Counted from the stretch's first letter, positions 39,943 to 50,070 are shown. The stretch: 64,000 nucleotides of DNA from an uncultured Candidatus Saccharibacteria bacterium (GCA_964631145.1 CAZVXT010000001.1:319361-383360); one strand, 5' to 3'. The notes: a model not told the origin generated them from the sequence alone. A program made the numbers and translations.

Positions 39943-40353
39943 TTATTTAAGCCTTTTTGCGGCTTCGCTTTCTCTAACCAATTGTTTAATTTCTCCGATT
40001 AGGTTAATTTCATCTTGATTAAAAAAACTTTCTTTATTTTCTACCTCATCAAAGATTTGAATGAGAAGTTTAAATGCTTGATTGGAGAGGTTGTTTCTCT
40101 TGGCATGATTTATATTATAAAATTTAATATATCCCTTCACATATATGATTTGCCTGTCAATTATTGTGCGTGCAGTGATGGCTTTTTTTCTCCAATTTGA
40201 TCCTTTTTGTCGAACCATATCTTGATCTGTTAGTTGCGCCTGAATTTTAGAGCTTTCTCCTTGAAGCTTAATTAGCATTATTTCTGCTTCTTCTATATTA
40301 TTTATTGGTTGTATTCCTAGATTTTTATCTGGATCTGGATATTGTATGGACAT
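39943..40353 (-). CDS. Hypothetical coiled-coil protein
   Basis: GGAGG SD, terminator downstream. Confidence 0.7.
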   Translation of the reverse strand: MSIQYPDPDKNLGIQPINNIEEAEIMLIKLQGESSKIQAQLTDQDMVRQKGSNWRKKAITARTIIDRQIIYVKGYIKFYNINHAKRNNLSNQAFKLLIQIFDEVENKESFFNQDEINLIGEIKQLVRESEAAKRLK

Positions 40354-40489
40354 ATTTCCTCCGAATATATTTTTTGTTCACTCCTTTTACTACAAAGGAG
40401 TGAACTGTGTAATATATCAATAATTTTGTTCTCTGTAAAGCATAAAAAAATCGGCTAAGATATGGAGGTCTTAGCCGAAAAATCAAAAG

Positions 40490-41434
40490 TTAACTTTTTT
40501 TAGAAAAACCAGCCGCTTGTAAAGCAGCACCTAAACCGTTAATCGCTGGTCCGGTATATGCTTTGCCATTCAGGGTTTTCCTTTTTCTCGCTACCGAGGC
40601 AGGCTTGCCTGGAGAAGGAAGTGGAACCGACGTAGTGGAAATTTTCTGCTCTACCTTCAAAACTGATTTTGGTTTCGGCTTTGTAGTCTTTGCAGTTTCA
40701 GTTTTTTTGGTTTGGTTACCTTTCAACTTATCAAGTTGTTGTTTGGAGCCTAATGTTTTTACCTTTGTTTTGTTTTCAACTTGTGGTTGAAACAAATAAT
40801 CAAAGGCATTAGTTGCAACGTAGCCGAATCTGTCTAACATAACTTCCTCAAACCATTTAATGGTTTTGGTTGTTGGATTGTTCGACAATATGCGTGTGAC
40901 AAAAATTTCTTCCGGGTCGTCTTCATTCGGTTTTTTATAACAAATGAAGATTTCGGCACCGGAGAACATAGTTACTTTTCTATCCTCATCCAATTTTACA
41001 GGATTTGGAATATATCTATTGTGCGGTGGAATCTTAAAGATTTCGCCTTTTTCACAACTGAATGGTGTAAATTCCTTTAATTTGTTTTGGGGAATTGTCG
41101 TTTCGCCGATGATTTCTAACAATTTATTGTCAGAAACAATTGCCGGAAAAGCAACGATTTTGGTCCGAAGTTCAGACATAAAGACATCCAGACGAACATG
41201 ATCGCCGCGTCTGCCGTTTTGCGGCAAGTTTACAACCTTGACTGTTTCGCCAAAAGTTATTTCAACTTGTCTTTGACCGGGAACTTTGTTAAATTTCAGT
41301 TCCGGCATTTGCGGGTCATTGTTTGGGCGGATCGAGGTTTGCTTGAGACCCATTAAAGTAATGATTAATTCGTCGGTTAATACGAAGCTAGCGTCTGCTT
41401 TTTTGTAAAAACTATTCGGTTTATTGGTATTCAT
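40490..41434 (-). CDS. Hypothetical protein with Lys/Thr-rich C-terminal tail, atypical composition
   Basis: 314 aa ORF; terminator tcggctaaga/tcttagccga downstream; long structured leader. Confidence 0.75.
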   Translation of the reverse strand: MNTNKPNSFYKKADASFVLTDELIITLMGLKQTSIRPNNDPQMPELKFNKVPGQRQVEITFGETVKVVNLPQNGRRGDHVRLDVFMSELRTKIVAFPAIVSDNKLLEIIGETTIPQNKLKEFTPFSCEKGEIFKIPPHNRYIPNPVKLDEDRKVTMFSGAEIFICYKKPNEDDPEEIFVTRILSNNPTTKTIKWFEEVMLDRFGYVATNAFDYLFQPQVENKTKVKTLGSKQQLDKLKGNQTKKTETAKTTKPKPKSVLKVEQKISTTSVPLPSPGKPASVARKRKTLNGKAYTGPAINGLGAALQAAGFSKKS

Positions 41435-41775
41435 ATTTTTGTTTTTGCCAAAACTATTTGCCTTGGCTATTCTCCTTCATTTTTTATATATTATTTAGAT
41501 CCGCCATGGCGGTTTGGCAAAATTTCTCCTGCCAGCAAAAACGCTAATTTGCTGTTAGCAGCTTCACAGGCAGGGGAATATAGCTAATAAAGAATAAAGT
41601 CAAAATATGAATTTAGTTAACTTTTGATTTGTAAAAGAACTTATTAAGCTAAATTAGGTTCAAATATATAACTTAAGCATAATCATAGCTTAACAAAATA
41701 GTATATCATAATTTGATAATTTTGTCAATACTTGCAATTATATGAGTATTTGTTATTATTAATTCAAATTCATTA

Positions 41776-41900
41776 GAAGCCCCGCGCAAGCGAAGAATTA
41801 CCGACATTTGCTCGAATATATGGGAATTACACCTTAAGGCTTCAAGGTAGTACCTTATATCGAAACTAAAGACCTGACTCTTTAGTCAGTTTTATTTTTT
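41776..41900 (+). promoter_or_regulatory. Structured rpsL leader with terminator-like hairpin
   Basis: gaagcc/ggcttc stem enclosing cgcGCAAgcg; ctgact/agtcag plus T tract; TTGCAA..TATTAT promoter upstream. Confidence 0.55.
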
Positions 41901-41981
41901 ATTAATAACGACGTCGGCGTTAAATTAAAGAAGATTTTTAAGGTTTACTTTAAAAAGCTTTTAAATCAGAAAGGCTTAATT

Positions 41982-42401
41982 GTGCCAACAATTAATCAAT
42001 TAGTGCGAAAGCCTAGAAAGCCGTTGATTGCTAAAAGCAAATCACCAGCCATGCTTCGCAGGGTCAATTTGATCAAAAATAAAGCCCTCAACATCCCAGG
42101 TTCTCCATTTGTTCGTGGTGTATGTTTGAAGGTTTATACAACTACTCCAAAAAAGCCAAACTCGGCTTTACGTAAAGTAGCTAAAGTAAAGTTAACCAAT
42201 GGTATGGAAGTATTAGCTTATATTCCAGGTATTGGTCACAACTTGCAAGAACACAGTGTGGTACTTATCCGTGGTGGACGTGTAAAAGATTTGCCAGGTG
42301 TACGTTATCACATAGTTAGAGGTAAACTAGATACCTTGGGCGTTGCGGATCGAAAGCGCTCTAGAAGTAAGTATGGCGCAAAACGCCCTAGTCAAGCGTA
42401 A
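41982..42401 (+). CDS. rpsL: 30S ribosomal protein S12
   Basis: [29 protein letters not shown]; GTG start. Confidence 0.99.
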   Translation: MPTINQLVRKPRKPLIAKSKSPAMLRRVNLIKNKALNIPGSPFVRGVCLKVYTTTPKKPNSALRKVAKVKLTNGMEVLAYIPGIGHNLQEHSVVLIRGGRVKDLPGVRYHIVRGKLDTLGVADRKRSRSKYGAKRPSQA

Positions 42402-42516
42402 TTTAATTTTTTGAAAATTTCTTTGTCAGAATCTCCGCTACTCATTCGTCGTACCTTTTCAGTACGACTCATTCGCTGCTCGATTCTTTCGCGAACTTTT
42501 CTAAAAAATTTAATTA
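42399..42516. repeat. ERIC-like long hairpin element, copy 1 (most diverged)
   Basis: TA-bounded imperfect palindrome starting at the rpsL stop codon; core gtcgtac..gtacgac. Confidence 0.6.
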
Positions 42517-42586
42517 CCTTAGATACGAATATTTTTCCAATCTAGTTTTTAAATAAAACTATTTTGAATTCAGAAAGGAAACTCTC

Positions 42587-43090
42587 ATGCCACGTAGAGC
42601 AAGAAGTTTTGAAAAACGCGTACCAAATCCAGATCCAAAATTTGGAAATGTAAAGTATGCAAAATTTGTAAATTATTTAATGGAACGCGGTAAGAAAACT
42701 GTCGCACAAACCATCTTTTATTCTGCCTTAGATATAGTTTCAGAAAAAATGAAAGATGCAGAAATTAGCGATAGTCGCCAAGTTTTTGATATTGCATTAA
42801 AAAATGCTTCTCCATTGATGGAAATCAAAGGACGTCGTATTGGTGGAAGCAACTATCAAGTTCCTATGGAAGTTGTAGAACCACGTCGCAGTAGTCTTGG
42901 GATGAAGTGGTTAATTGCAGCAGCGAGAGCTCGCAAAGGTGCGCCTATGGCAACCAAGTTGGCTCAAGAAATTGTTGATGCGTTTAATAAAATTGGAAAT
43001 GCTGTAAAGAAGCGCGATGATACTCATCGTATGGCTGAAGCAAACAAAGCATTCGCTCACTTTGCAAGATTTACTAGCAAGAGAAAATAA
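42587..43090 (+). CDS. rpsG: 30S ribosomal protein S7
   Basis: GKKTVA, RRIGGSNYQVP, HRMAEANKAFAH. Confidence 0.99.
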   Translation: MPRRARSFEKRVPNPDPKFGNVKYAKFVNYLMERGKKTVAQTIFYSALDIVSEKMKDAEISDSRQVFDIALKNASPLMEIKGRRIGGSNYQVPMEVVEPRRSSLGMKWLIAAARARKGAPMATKLAQEIVDAFNKIGNAVKKRDDTHRMAEANKAFAHFARFTSKRK

Positions 43091-43121
43091 ATTTGAACTT
43101 TTAAAATTTGGGAAAATAAAT

Positions 43122-43151
43122 AGAGTTACTAAGTTTTTTCTTAGTAACTCT
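43122..43151. terminator. Hairpin between convergent rpsG and the inserted genes
   Basis: agagttactaag-tttttt-cttagtaactct. Confidence 0.7.
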
Positions 43152-43158
43152 CGTATGG

Positions 43159-43368
43159 TTAAGGTTTAATTAGTCCTATGGAAACTATTACAACCTTGAG
43201 TTTATTATTTTTACTTTTTATCTTGAAATCGTTAATAACTTTTTCAGATACCGCATTTATTTTTTCTGTTGTATCCAGATAATCAGTGGTTTCCATAATA
43301 ACTCCTTGCAAATCAAACTGCATTTTAAAAAAAGAATAAGCCAAGACTGTAAATAAGTAGATTTTCAT
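43159..43368 (-). CDS. Small hypothetical protein
   Basis: ATGA overlap with upstream gene; alternative SD-led start at 43296. Confidence 0.5.
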   Translation of the reverse strand: MKIYLFTVLAYSFFKMQFDLQGVIMETTDYLDTTEKINAVSEKVINDFKIKSKNNKLKVVIVSIGLIKP

Positions 43369-43607
43369 TTTTTCCCTCCAGTATTTTTCTTAAACTCTGT
43401 ATAGCCCCAAGCAATTAATCCTAATAATATAGCTAGCCCTAATCCTCTTTTGGAAAAGATAAAACTATAAAACCAAGCATCAATTGCATCGCCAACCGTA
43501 TGGGTGGACGTTGTTTCCATTATTTGTTGTAGCCCGCTGTAAAGCAGAACATAAAACACTAGAACCATAAGAAGTCCTACAAACAGATTGAATATAAAAT
43601 TATTCAT
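43365..43607 (-). CDS. Small 2-TM membrane protein
   Basis: TTGACT..TATAAT promoter, GGAGG SD. Confidence 0.7.
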   Translation of the reverse strand: MNNFIFNLFVGLLMVLVFYVLLYSGLQQIMETTSTHTVGDAIDAWFYSFIFSKRGLGLAILLGLIAWGYTEFKKNTGGKK

Positions 43608-43679
43608 AAATTTCCTCCAAGTTTTAAATTTATCATATTATATCATAAAAAATTAAAAAGTCAAGTATAATTAAATTAT

Positions 43680-45803
43680 ATGCCACGAGAATATCCAATA
43701 GACGTAACCCGTAATATCGGGATTATTGCTCACATTGATGCCGGCAAAACTACAACTACCGAAGGTATTTTGTACAACACTGGTATGATTCACAAAATTG
43801 GTGCAGTGCACGAAGGTGAAACTGTTACCGACTGGATGGAACAAGAACGCGAACGCGGAATTACAATTACTTCTGCTGCTGTAACTTGTTACTGGAAGCC
43901 TCAATATATAAAAATTGAAGGCGATAAACAGTATAAAATTAATATTATTGATACCCCTGGTCACGTAGACTTTACTGTAGAAGTAGAACGTAGTTTGCGC
44001 GTCCTTGATGGTGCAATCACAGTTTTTGACGGAAAAATGGGTGTAGAGCCTCAGTCCGAAACAGTGTGGCGTCAAGCTGATAAATACGGTGTGCCTCGCA
44101 TGTGTTTTATCAACAAGATTAACCAAACAGGTGGAGATTTTTATAAGTCTCTAGATTCTATTCATACTCGTTTAACTAAAAATGCATTTCCTGTACAGCT
44201 TCCAATTGGTTTTGAAAAAGATGTTATTGGCGTAGTAGATTTGGTTACAATGAAGTCTTACACTTATAACGACTTTACAGATAAAGAATTTACAATCGGT
44301 GATGTGCCTGCAGATATGGTTGAGAAAGCAAATAAGTATCGCCAAGAATTGATCGAAAAAGTTGTTGAGTTTGACGAAGCTATGATGGAAAAATATTTAG
44401 GTGGTGAAGCGTTAAGCGAAACAGAATTGTTAGAACTTATTCGTAAAGCTACCCGTAGCGGTGAATTTTATCCAGTATTTGGTGGTGATGGTCGCGGTAT
44501 TATTGTTCGTACTTTACTTGATGCAGTTACTAACTTTTTACCTTCTCCAACAGATAAAGGACCTGTTAAAGGACATAATCCAAAAACAGGTGAAGAATTA
44601 CTTCGCAATCCTGATGATAACGAGCCGTTTACTGCTCTTGCATTCAAGATCGCGACCGATCCTTTTGTAGGTCGTCTTGCTTTTTTCCGTGTTTACTCTG
44701 GAACTCTTCAAGCAGGAAGCTATGTACTTAATGCTAGAACAGGTAACAAAGAACGCGTGGGACGTATTGTACGTATGCGTGCAGATCAACGCGACGAAGT
44801 AAAAGAAGTTTTTGCTGGTGATATTTGTGCGTTAGTTGGTCCAAAAGACACCATTACTGCTGATACTCTTTGTTCAGAAACTTCACCATTAGAATTAGAA
44901 AAAATTAAATTCGCAGAACCAGTTATTAGTATGGCTATCGAGCCAAAGACTAAAGCTGATCAAGAAAAACTTGGTATTGCTCTTCAAAAACTTGCTGAAG
45001 AAGATCCAACCTTTAAGGTTACTTCAGATCATGAAACTGGCGAAACTATTATAGCTGGTATGGGTGAACTTCACTTAGAAATTTTGGTAGACCGCATGAA
45101 GCGCGAATTTAAAGTAGAAGCAAACGTAGGTAAGCCACAAGTTGCTTACAAAGAAACCTTTAAGAAAATTGCTAAAGCAGAACACAAGTTTATCCGCCAA
45201 TCTGGTGGTCGTGGACAATACGGTCACGTTTATCTTCGTGTTGAACCTCTTGAGCAAGGAAAGGGTTATGAATTCTTGGATGAAATTGTTGGTGGTGTTA
45301 TTCCAAAAGAATATATTAAACCAATTGATAAAGGTATTCAGGAATCAGCTGCAAATGGTGTAATCGCTGGTTACCCGCTTGTAGACTTTAGAGCTGCTGT
45401 GTATGATGGTAGTTATCACGAAGTTGACTCTTCTGAAATGGCTTTCAAAATTGCTGCATCTAAAGCTTTGCAGGATGCTGTAAAAGCAGGTGATCCAATC
45501 TTGCTAGAGCCTGTGATGAAAGTTGTTGTTACTACACCTGAAGCAAACATGGGTGATGTAATTGGTGATTTAAACAGTAAGCGCGCTAAAGTCCAAGATA
45601 TGGAAGATATTACTGGACGTAAAGTAGTTACTGCTTTTGTACCACTTGCAGAAATGTTTGGTTACGCAACACAATTGCGTAGCATGACCCAAGGTCAGGC
45701 AAGTAGTATTATGGAATTTGATCATTATGAAGAAGTTCCAAAAAATGTTGCTGCTGGTATCATTGAAGCACGTGCTGGTATTAACGCCCGCAAAGGACAA
45801 TAG
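43680..45803 (+). CDS. fusA: Elongation factor G with non-canonical G4/G5 motifs
   Basis: [35 protein letters not shown]. Confidence 0.99.
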   Translation: MPREYPIDVTRNIGIIAHIDAGKTTTTEGILYNTGMIHKIGAVHEGETVTDWMEQERERGITITSAAVTCYWKPQYIKIEGDKQYKINIIDTPGHVDFTVEVERSLRVLDGAITVFDGKMGVEPQSETVWRQADKYGVPRMCFINKINQTGGDFYKSLDSIHTRLTKNAFPVQLPIGFEKDVIGVVDLVTMKSYTYNDFTDKEFTIGDVPADMVEKANKYRQELIEKVVEFDEAMMEKYLGGEALSETELLELIRKATRSGEFYPVFGGDGRGIIVRTLLDAVTNFLPSPTDKGPVKGHNPKTGEELLRNPDDNEPFTALAFKIATDPFVGRLAFFRVYSGTLQAGSYVLNARTGNKERVGRIVRMRADQRDEVKEVFAGDICALVGPKDTITADTLCSETSPLELEKIKFAEPVISMAIEPKTKADQEKLGIALQKLAEEDPTFKVTSDHETGETIIAGMGELHLEILVDRMKREFKVEANVGKPQVAYKETFKKIAKAEHKFIRQSGGRGQYGHVYLRVEPLEQGKGYEFLDEIVGGVIPKEYIKPIDKGIQESAANGVIAGYPLVDFRAAVYDGSYHEVDSSEMAFKIAASKALQDAVKAGDPILLEPVMKVVVTTPEANMGDVIGDLNSKRAKVQDMEDITGRKVVTAFVPLAEMFGYATQLRSMTQGQASSIMEFDHYEEVPKNVAAGIIEARAGINARKGQ

Positions 45804-45811
45804 AAATTTAG

Positions 45812-45841
45812 AAAACCACTCCGTAATAGGGTGGTTTTTTT
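45812..45841 (+). terminator. Intrinsic terminator after fusA
   Basis: aaaaccactc/gggtggtttt plus T tract. Confidence 0.85.
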
Positions 45842-45913
45842 ACTTGAATGAAGAGATTGACATTTTGTTGAATTAAATTATAATACACAAGCTAAATAGC
45901 AAAGGGGGATTTT

Positions 45914-46609
45914 ATGGAAATATATTCTAAAGGGTTAGAAATTGAACAATGCGTTGTTTATTTAGAGTCTAAAAAAATTAGAGTTAATCCTGAATTAAAA
46001 GAAGATGCCAGTTTTATTAAAAATAGTTTAACTCGAAAAGTAGTTATAAATATAATTATTGGGTTGCTTATTACTGGGATCGCAGGATATTGGAATCAAT
46101 ATTCAATACCTTATTTTTTAGTTGTGTGGTTAACGCAAGTCATTTTTACATCAATTATTTTTCAACCGATTGTCGAAAAAAAACTTAAAAAATATAGGAT
46201 AGTTGAAATGTATGAAGTTTTATCCTTACCGCTCATGAATGCTATTTTAGAGCATAATAAAAGGTTGAATAATTTGATTGATTCTATAAACTTAAGTTTA
46301 ACTTTTGATCAAACTCAAGATATGTCTGCTACTAAACAATTAATTAATCAAATCAATCAAGGTAGAGAAGTTATAGATAAAAATTTTGATAAACTATCTA
46401 GAATTAACGAAAGATATTCTTCTATTAGAAATTTAGATAAAAATACTATCGTCGATACTATGTTTGAGCTACCATTGTTAGTGGTTAATAATGAGGTTTA
46501 TTCTCATGAAGATAACGAGCTTAATTTATTAGTGGAAACTATTAATCAAGAAGTTGATCTTGTAGTAAAAAATGAAATATCTGCTCCTAAGCAGTTAAAA
46601 AGTCTTTAG
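45914..46609 (+). CDS. Hypothetical 2-TM plus coiled-coil protein
   Basis: TTGACA-16-TATAAT at 45857-45884; GGGGG SD. Confidence 0.75.
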   Translation: MEIYSKGLEIEQCVVYLESKKIRVNPELKEDASFIKNSLTRKVVINIIIGLLITGIAGYWNQYSIPYFLVVWLTQVIFTSIIFQPIVEKKLKKYRIVEMYEVLSLPLMNAILEHNKRLNNLIDSINLSLTFDQTQDMSATKQLINQINQGREVIDKNFDKLSRINERYSSIRNLDKNTIVDTMFELPLLVVNNEVYSHEDNELNLLVETINQEVDLVVKNEISAPKQLKSL

Positions 46610-46717
46610 AAATAAAAAATGGACTAACAGAAATGTTGGTCTTTTATTATACTAGACAAACTTCTTATTTTTATATATAATGTTTTATCAGTTTAGCTGA
46701 TAAAAAGGAGGACTTTT

Positions 46718-47266
46718 ATGTCAAAAGATACCGAGTTAGAAGATGTAAAAAAAGAATGGGACGCGGCTGGTTTCTTGATAAAAACAGTAGTAGTCTTAGT
46801 AGTCTTAGTAGTTTTAGTTGTTTTATCTCTAGTAGGATTATTATTATTTCGCATAACTTGTGTTACCTTCGTGGAAAACTATGAGCTTGGCTATATGTAT
46901 GATTCTACTAATGGTGAAACCAGGTTACTAAACCGCACCGGTTATATAACGCATTATCCATTGGTTAACTCAGTTCATACAATTGACTTGCGTCCGATGC
47001 AAGTATGTATGAATGCAAATGCCAGAGTTTTAAATTGTAAATTAGTTCGATTTAATCCTGCCGGCTTTGAAGATTTTATTGCTCGTCATGGTAGAAATAA
47101 TTATGATGGCGGCAATTGTTCTACCGGAGGTAGTTCATCTAGTGGAAGCTGCGGTAATTTAAATGAAATACTAAGAAGTTATGCTTTTGAGGCAAATCCT
47201 CAATATTCGTTTTTTACTTTTGAAAACCCTAGTGGTGCTGATGTAAAAGCAAATGGTGGAAAATGA
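46718..47266 (+). CDS. Membrane-anchored protein with SPFH/Band-7 N-terminal-like domain
   Basis: TM helix, then VENYELG...G....L...GY...YP..VHTIDLRP. Confidence 0.6.
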   Translation: MSKDTELEDVKKEWDAAGFLIKTVVVLVVLVVLVVLSLVGLLLFRITCVTFVENYELGYMYDSTNGETRLLNRTGYITHYPLVNSVHTIDLRPMQVCMNANARVLNCKLVRFNPAGFEDFIARHGRNNYDGGNCSTGGSSSSGSCGNLNEILRSYAFEANPQYSFFTFENPSGADVKANGGK

Positions 47267-47712
47267 AAAGAAATAAAATATTAAAATATGTCGCATATAC
47301 TTTTTTAGTGATTTTAATTTTAACATTTGCTTATAAGCTTTTCTTTCACCATCAAGATGTTTACGAAGTAGGTTTGGCAAGAAATTTATTTACCGGCGAA
47401 ACATACTTACTTGATAAGCCAGGTTTTTACAGAAACTATCCTTGGGTCTGGGTTGCAATTGCAGAAACTAGACCAACTAGGGTTTGTGTTACAAGCACTG
47501 CAAGGTCTTATAATTGCAAGTTGGCACAATTTAAACCTGAACATTATCAAGAATTTTTGGAAACTGAAGGGTGGAGGTTTTATTGGCTATCTAATAGAAT
47601 TTCAATTAACTTTGGATATGATGATGAATATAGAGGTTTCAAAGATATTCTAAGAGGATATGCTTTTGGTAATAAAAAGTATAATTTTATAGAGGTGTCT
47701 GACTCTCCATAA
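47263..47712 (+). CDS. Paralog of previous gene, SPFH-like
   Basis: YEVG...TGE..LLDKPGF...YP, TRP.RVC..NCKL. Confidence 0.6.
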   Translation: MKRNKILKYVAYTFLVILILTFAYKLFFHHQDVYEVGLARNLFTGETYLLDKPGFYRNYPWVWVAIAETRPTRVCVTSTARSYNCKLAQFKPEHYQEFLETEGWRFYWLSNRISINFGYDDEYRGFKDILRGYAFGNKKYNFIEVSDSP

Positions 47713-47745
47713 AAAATAGCGTGCTAATAATTAGCACGCTTTTAT

Positions 47746-48225
47746 TTAATAATTTTTTTGTGGGGGGAGAACTATATCTCCGATTTTTATTATCCCACTT
47801 GTTAATACGTGGGCGGTTAAGCCTCCACAGTCAAAAAATTCTTCAGCAAAATTTACTGGTTTGTTTGATAGCTTACTTGGTCTGGTGCAAGGTTCGCAGT
47901 ATTTGTATCCAAAAAATTTAACATCACCGATAGTAAATTCTTTGTTAATACAACGCATTAATTCTATTCCTTCTATCAATAAATTTCTTCTTGTTTCGTA
48001 AAACCAGAAAGTTTTATTTTTAAAGAAGTGTGCGTTCATTAAGGTTACTTGCCCGTTCCAGGTGCCTGTTTTTTTAGCATTAAGCTTGTTAAAACTACCA
48101 ATCCCTGCTGCATAGCGATCCCCTTGAAGTCCTTTACCTTCCATGCAATAAACTTCCAGTAATGCTTGCATTGGCGCTCCTGCTTTAGGAGCGATGCAAA
48201 TTTGCTTTAACGTTCCTTTAATCAT
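47746..48225 (-). CDS. MOSC domain-containing protein
   Basis: GLQGDRY, RRNLLIEG, CEPC.RP, GGL.A.VL..G.I..GD. Confidence 0.9.
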   Translation of the reverse strand: MIKGTLKQICIAPKAGAPMQALLEVYCMEGKGLQGDRYAAGIGSFNKLNAKKTGTWNGQVTLMNAHFFKNKTFWFYETRRNLLIEGIELMRCINKEFTIGDVKFFGYKYCEPCTRPSKLSNKPVNFAEEFFDCGGLTAHVLTSGIIKIGDIVLPPQKNY

Positions 48226-48532
48226 TATGATCCTCCAAAGTATTGTTATCAGCTTCGGGTTTTTCTAAGACAATAAAGCAGTGTGGGCAATTTTGGATTT
48301 CGTAAACTTTTTTATTGCTTGTTCGAATAGTGATAAATAACCATTTGCTTTTGTAATATATGACCTCTCCAGCAAAAAGTTGCTTATCCGATTCTCCATA
48401 CCAAATGCTAATATTATCATGACTTCTTGCTTTAAAAACTGTGCATTCATGAGTTATAAAATTATTTTCAGAATCTTTTATAATATCCGACGCATCTATA
48501 TCATCTAGCAATTTCATACGAACGTTTTGCAT
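48218..48532 (-). CDS. Hypothetical protein
   Basis: AAGGAG SD before MQNV; CPHC motif. Confidence 0.6.
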   Translation of the reverse strand: MQNVRMKLLDDIDASDIIKDSENNFITHECTVFKARSHDNISIWYGESDKQLFAGEVIYYKSKWLFITIRTSNKKVYEIQNCPHCFIVLEKPEADNNTLEDHND

Positions 48533-48562
48533 ATTTCTATTCTCCTTTTTCAAGATTTATAT

Positions 48563-48919
48563 TTAAACTCGTTGTGTTTCTTTGGATAATACTTTAGTTT
48601 TTACTTTTGTATAAATCCACACATCAGCTTCAAAATCCATTTCATATACTCTATAGCTGTTTTTATCGCTTTGTAATTTCCATTTTGAATTTTCAAAATT
48701 ATGTTTCTTCCACCAGGGTAAACAATTTTCACCATTAACAATTTTATTTAATTGTTTTCTGGCAAAATATTTTGTTGGATATGGACCATGTGTTTTGGAT
48801 GCTATCGGTTTTTTTGTCTCAGCGCCTTTGCATGGTTCATCTAATAAGACATCTACATATTCTTCACGAACGTAATATTCGGTAGTAACTAGAGCTACTG
48901 TGGTAACAATTTTCTGCAT
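48563..48919 (-). CDS. Hypothetical protein
   Basis: TTGACT promoter, AAGGAGG SD. Confidence 0.7.
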   Translation of the reverse strand: MQKIVTTVALVTTEYYVREEYVDVLLDEPCKGAETKKPIASKTHGPYPTKYFARKQLNKIVNGENCLPWWKKHNFENSKWKLQSDKNSYRVYEMDFEADVWIYTKVKTKVLSKETQRV

Positions 48920-49043
48920 AAAACCTCCTTTTTGAATAACTTAATTTATCATCTTTAGCAGCATTAGTCAACGCGGTGTTTACCATGTTTTAAAAAATAT
49001 TTATTATTTAAATAATAAAAAACCAGCTAAATGCTGGTATATT

Positions 49044-49379
49044 TTAGTATAAACTAGAGTTTGGAGAGAAAGGCAGAAAATTAGATTTACCATCCATAAC
49101 ATAAGTAGTTTTAACAATCTCTTTTATATTAATAGATGTTTTAATAATTACGGTATCACCGTCTTGGCTTTGTGATAACATGGTTCCGTTTTTAATTCCG
49201 ATAGTAACAGTAACAGTGTTGTCTGTTCTAGAGACTTCATCTATTTTATAGCAATCAATAGGTTTGTCTTGATCTTTTAAATATATTTTACAAACGATTT
49301 CATGGTTACCTTGCTTGTTGGTTTTGTTTATATCTACAGTTGGTGTATTTGTTTGAATTTCTTCTAGTATATTTAACAT
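49044..49379 (-). CDS. Hypothetical beta-rich protein
   Basis: TTGACA promoter, AAGGAGG SD before MLNI. Confidence 0.7.
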   Translation of the reverse strand: MLNILEEIQTNTPTVDINKTNKQGNHEIVCKIYLKDQDKPIDCYKIDEVSRTDNTVTVTIGIKNGTMLSQSQDGDTVIIKTSINIKEIVKTTYVMDGKSNFLPFSPNSSLY

Positions 49380-49467
49380 ATTATCCTCCTTTAGAAGATA
49401 TAAATTATCATGTATTTGGGTGTTTGTCAAGTGTGACTTTTTTATATTAATTGGTTAATATGTGGTT

Positions 49468-50070
49468 ATGAGCTTACAAGAATTATTAGATTTAACCAAA
49501 AAATTTGGACAAACAGTAGTGGTTTCTGAAAGCGGGGATGTTAAAGCGATTTTGTTATCCCCAGAAAAATACATAGATTTTGCTAAAGATAAAAAGGTAG
49601 AACGAGCTCCTTTAAATAATAATCAAAGTGCTAATTATGATTCCGCATTGGGACAAAAGCAAGGCATGCCTGTTCCTACAGATTTAGAACCCGAAGAGGA
49701 TGTTATTGCAGAACATGAACAACAAGATTTGCCAGTTGGTTTAGATTTTGATATTTCTGATAATGATTTTAATAAAGGTTTGTTTAAGAGTGTTGGTCTA
49801 AATAATGATGAAAATCTCGAAACTTTTAATGTTAATGATTCTAGTGAAATTGAAGAAAATATAGTAGACAGAGCCTCTTCCGCAGAACCGCCAAAACCAT
49901 TAAGTAGTTTATTAACTAAAAGAGCTGAAAGTTTATTTATGGACAAACCTTTTGGCAGGGTAAATACTCCGGAGTTTGATATGCGCAGCGAAGTAGTAGA
50001 TCCAAATTTTGGTAAGCCAGCTAATGTAGATGATGATGAAGAAATCCAAACCAGCTTTGAGAATATTTAA
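49468..50070 (+). CDS. Protein with Phd/YefM-like N-terminus and long acidic tail
   Basis: LQELLDL...VVVSESGDVKAILLSPEKY pattern. Confidence 0.6.
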   Translation: MSLQELLDLTKKFGQTVVVSESGDVKAILLSPEKYIDFAKDKKVERAPLNNNQSANYDSALGQKQGMPVPTDLEPEEDVIAEHEQQDLPVGLDFDISDNDFNKGLFKSVGLNNDENLETFNVNDSSEIEENIVDRASSAEPPKPLSSLLTKRAESLFMDKPFGRVNTPEFDMRSEVVDPNFGKPANVDDDEEIQTSFENI

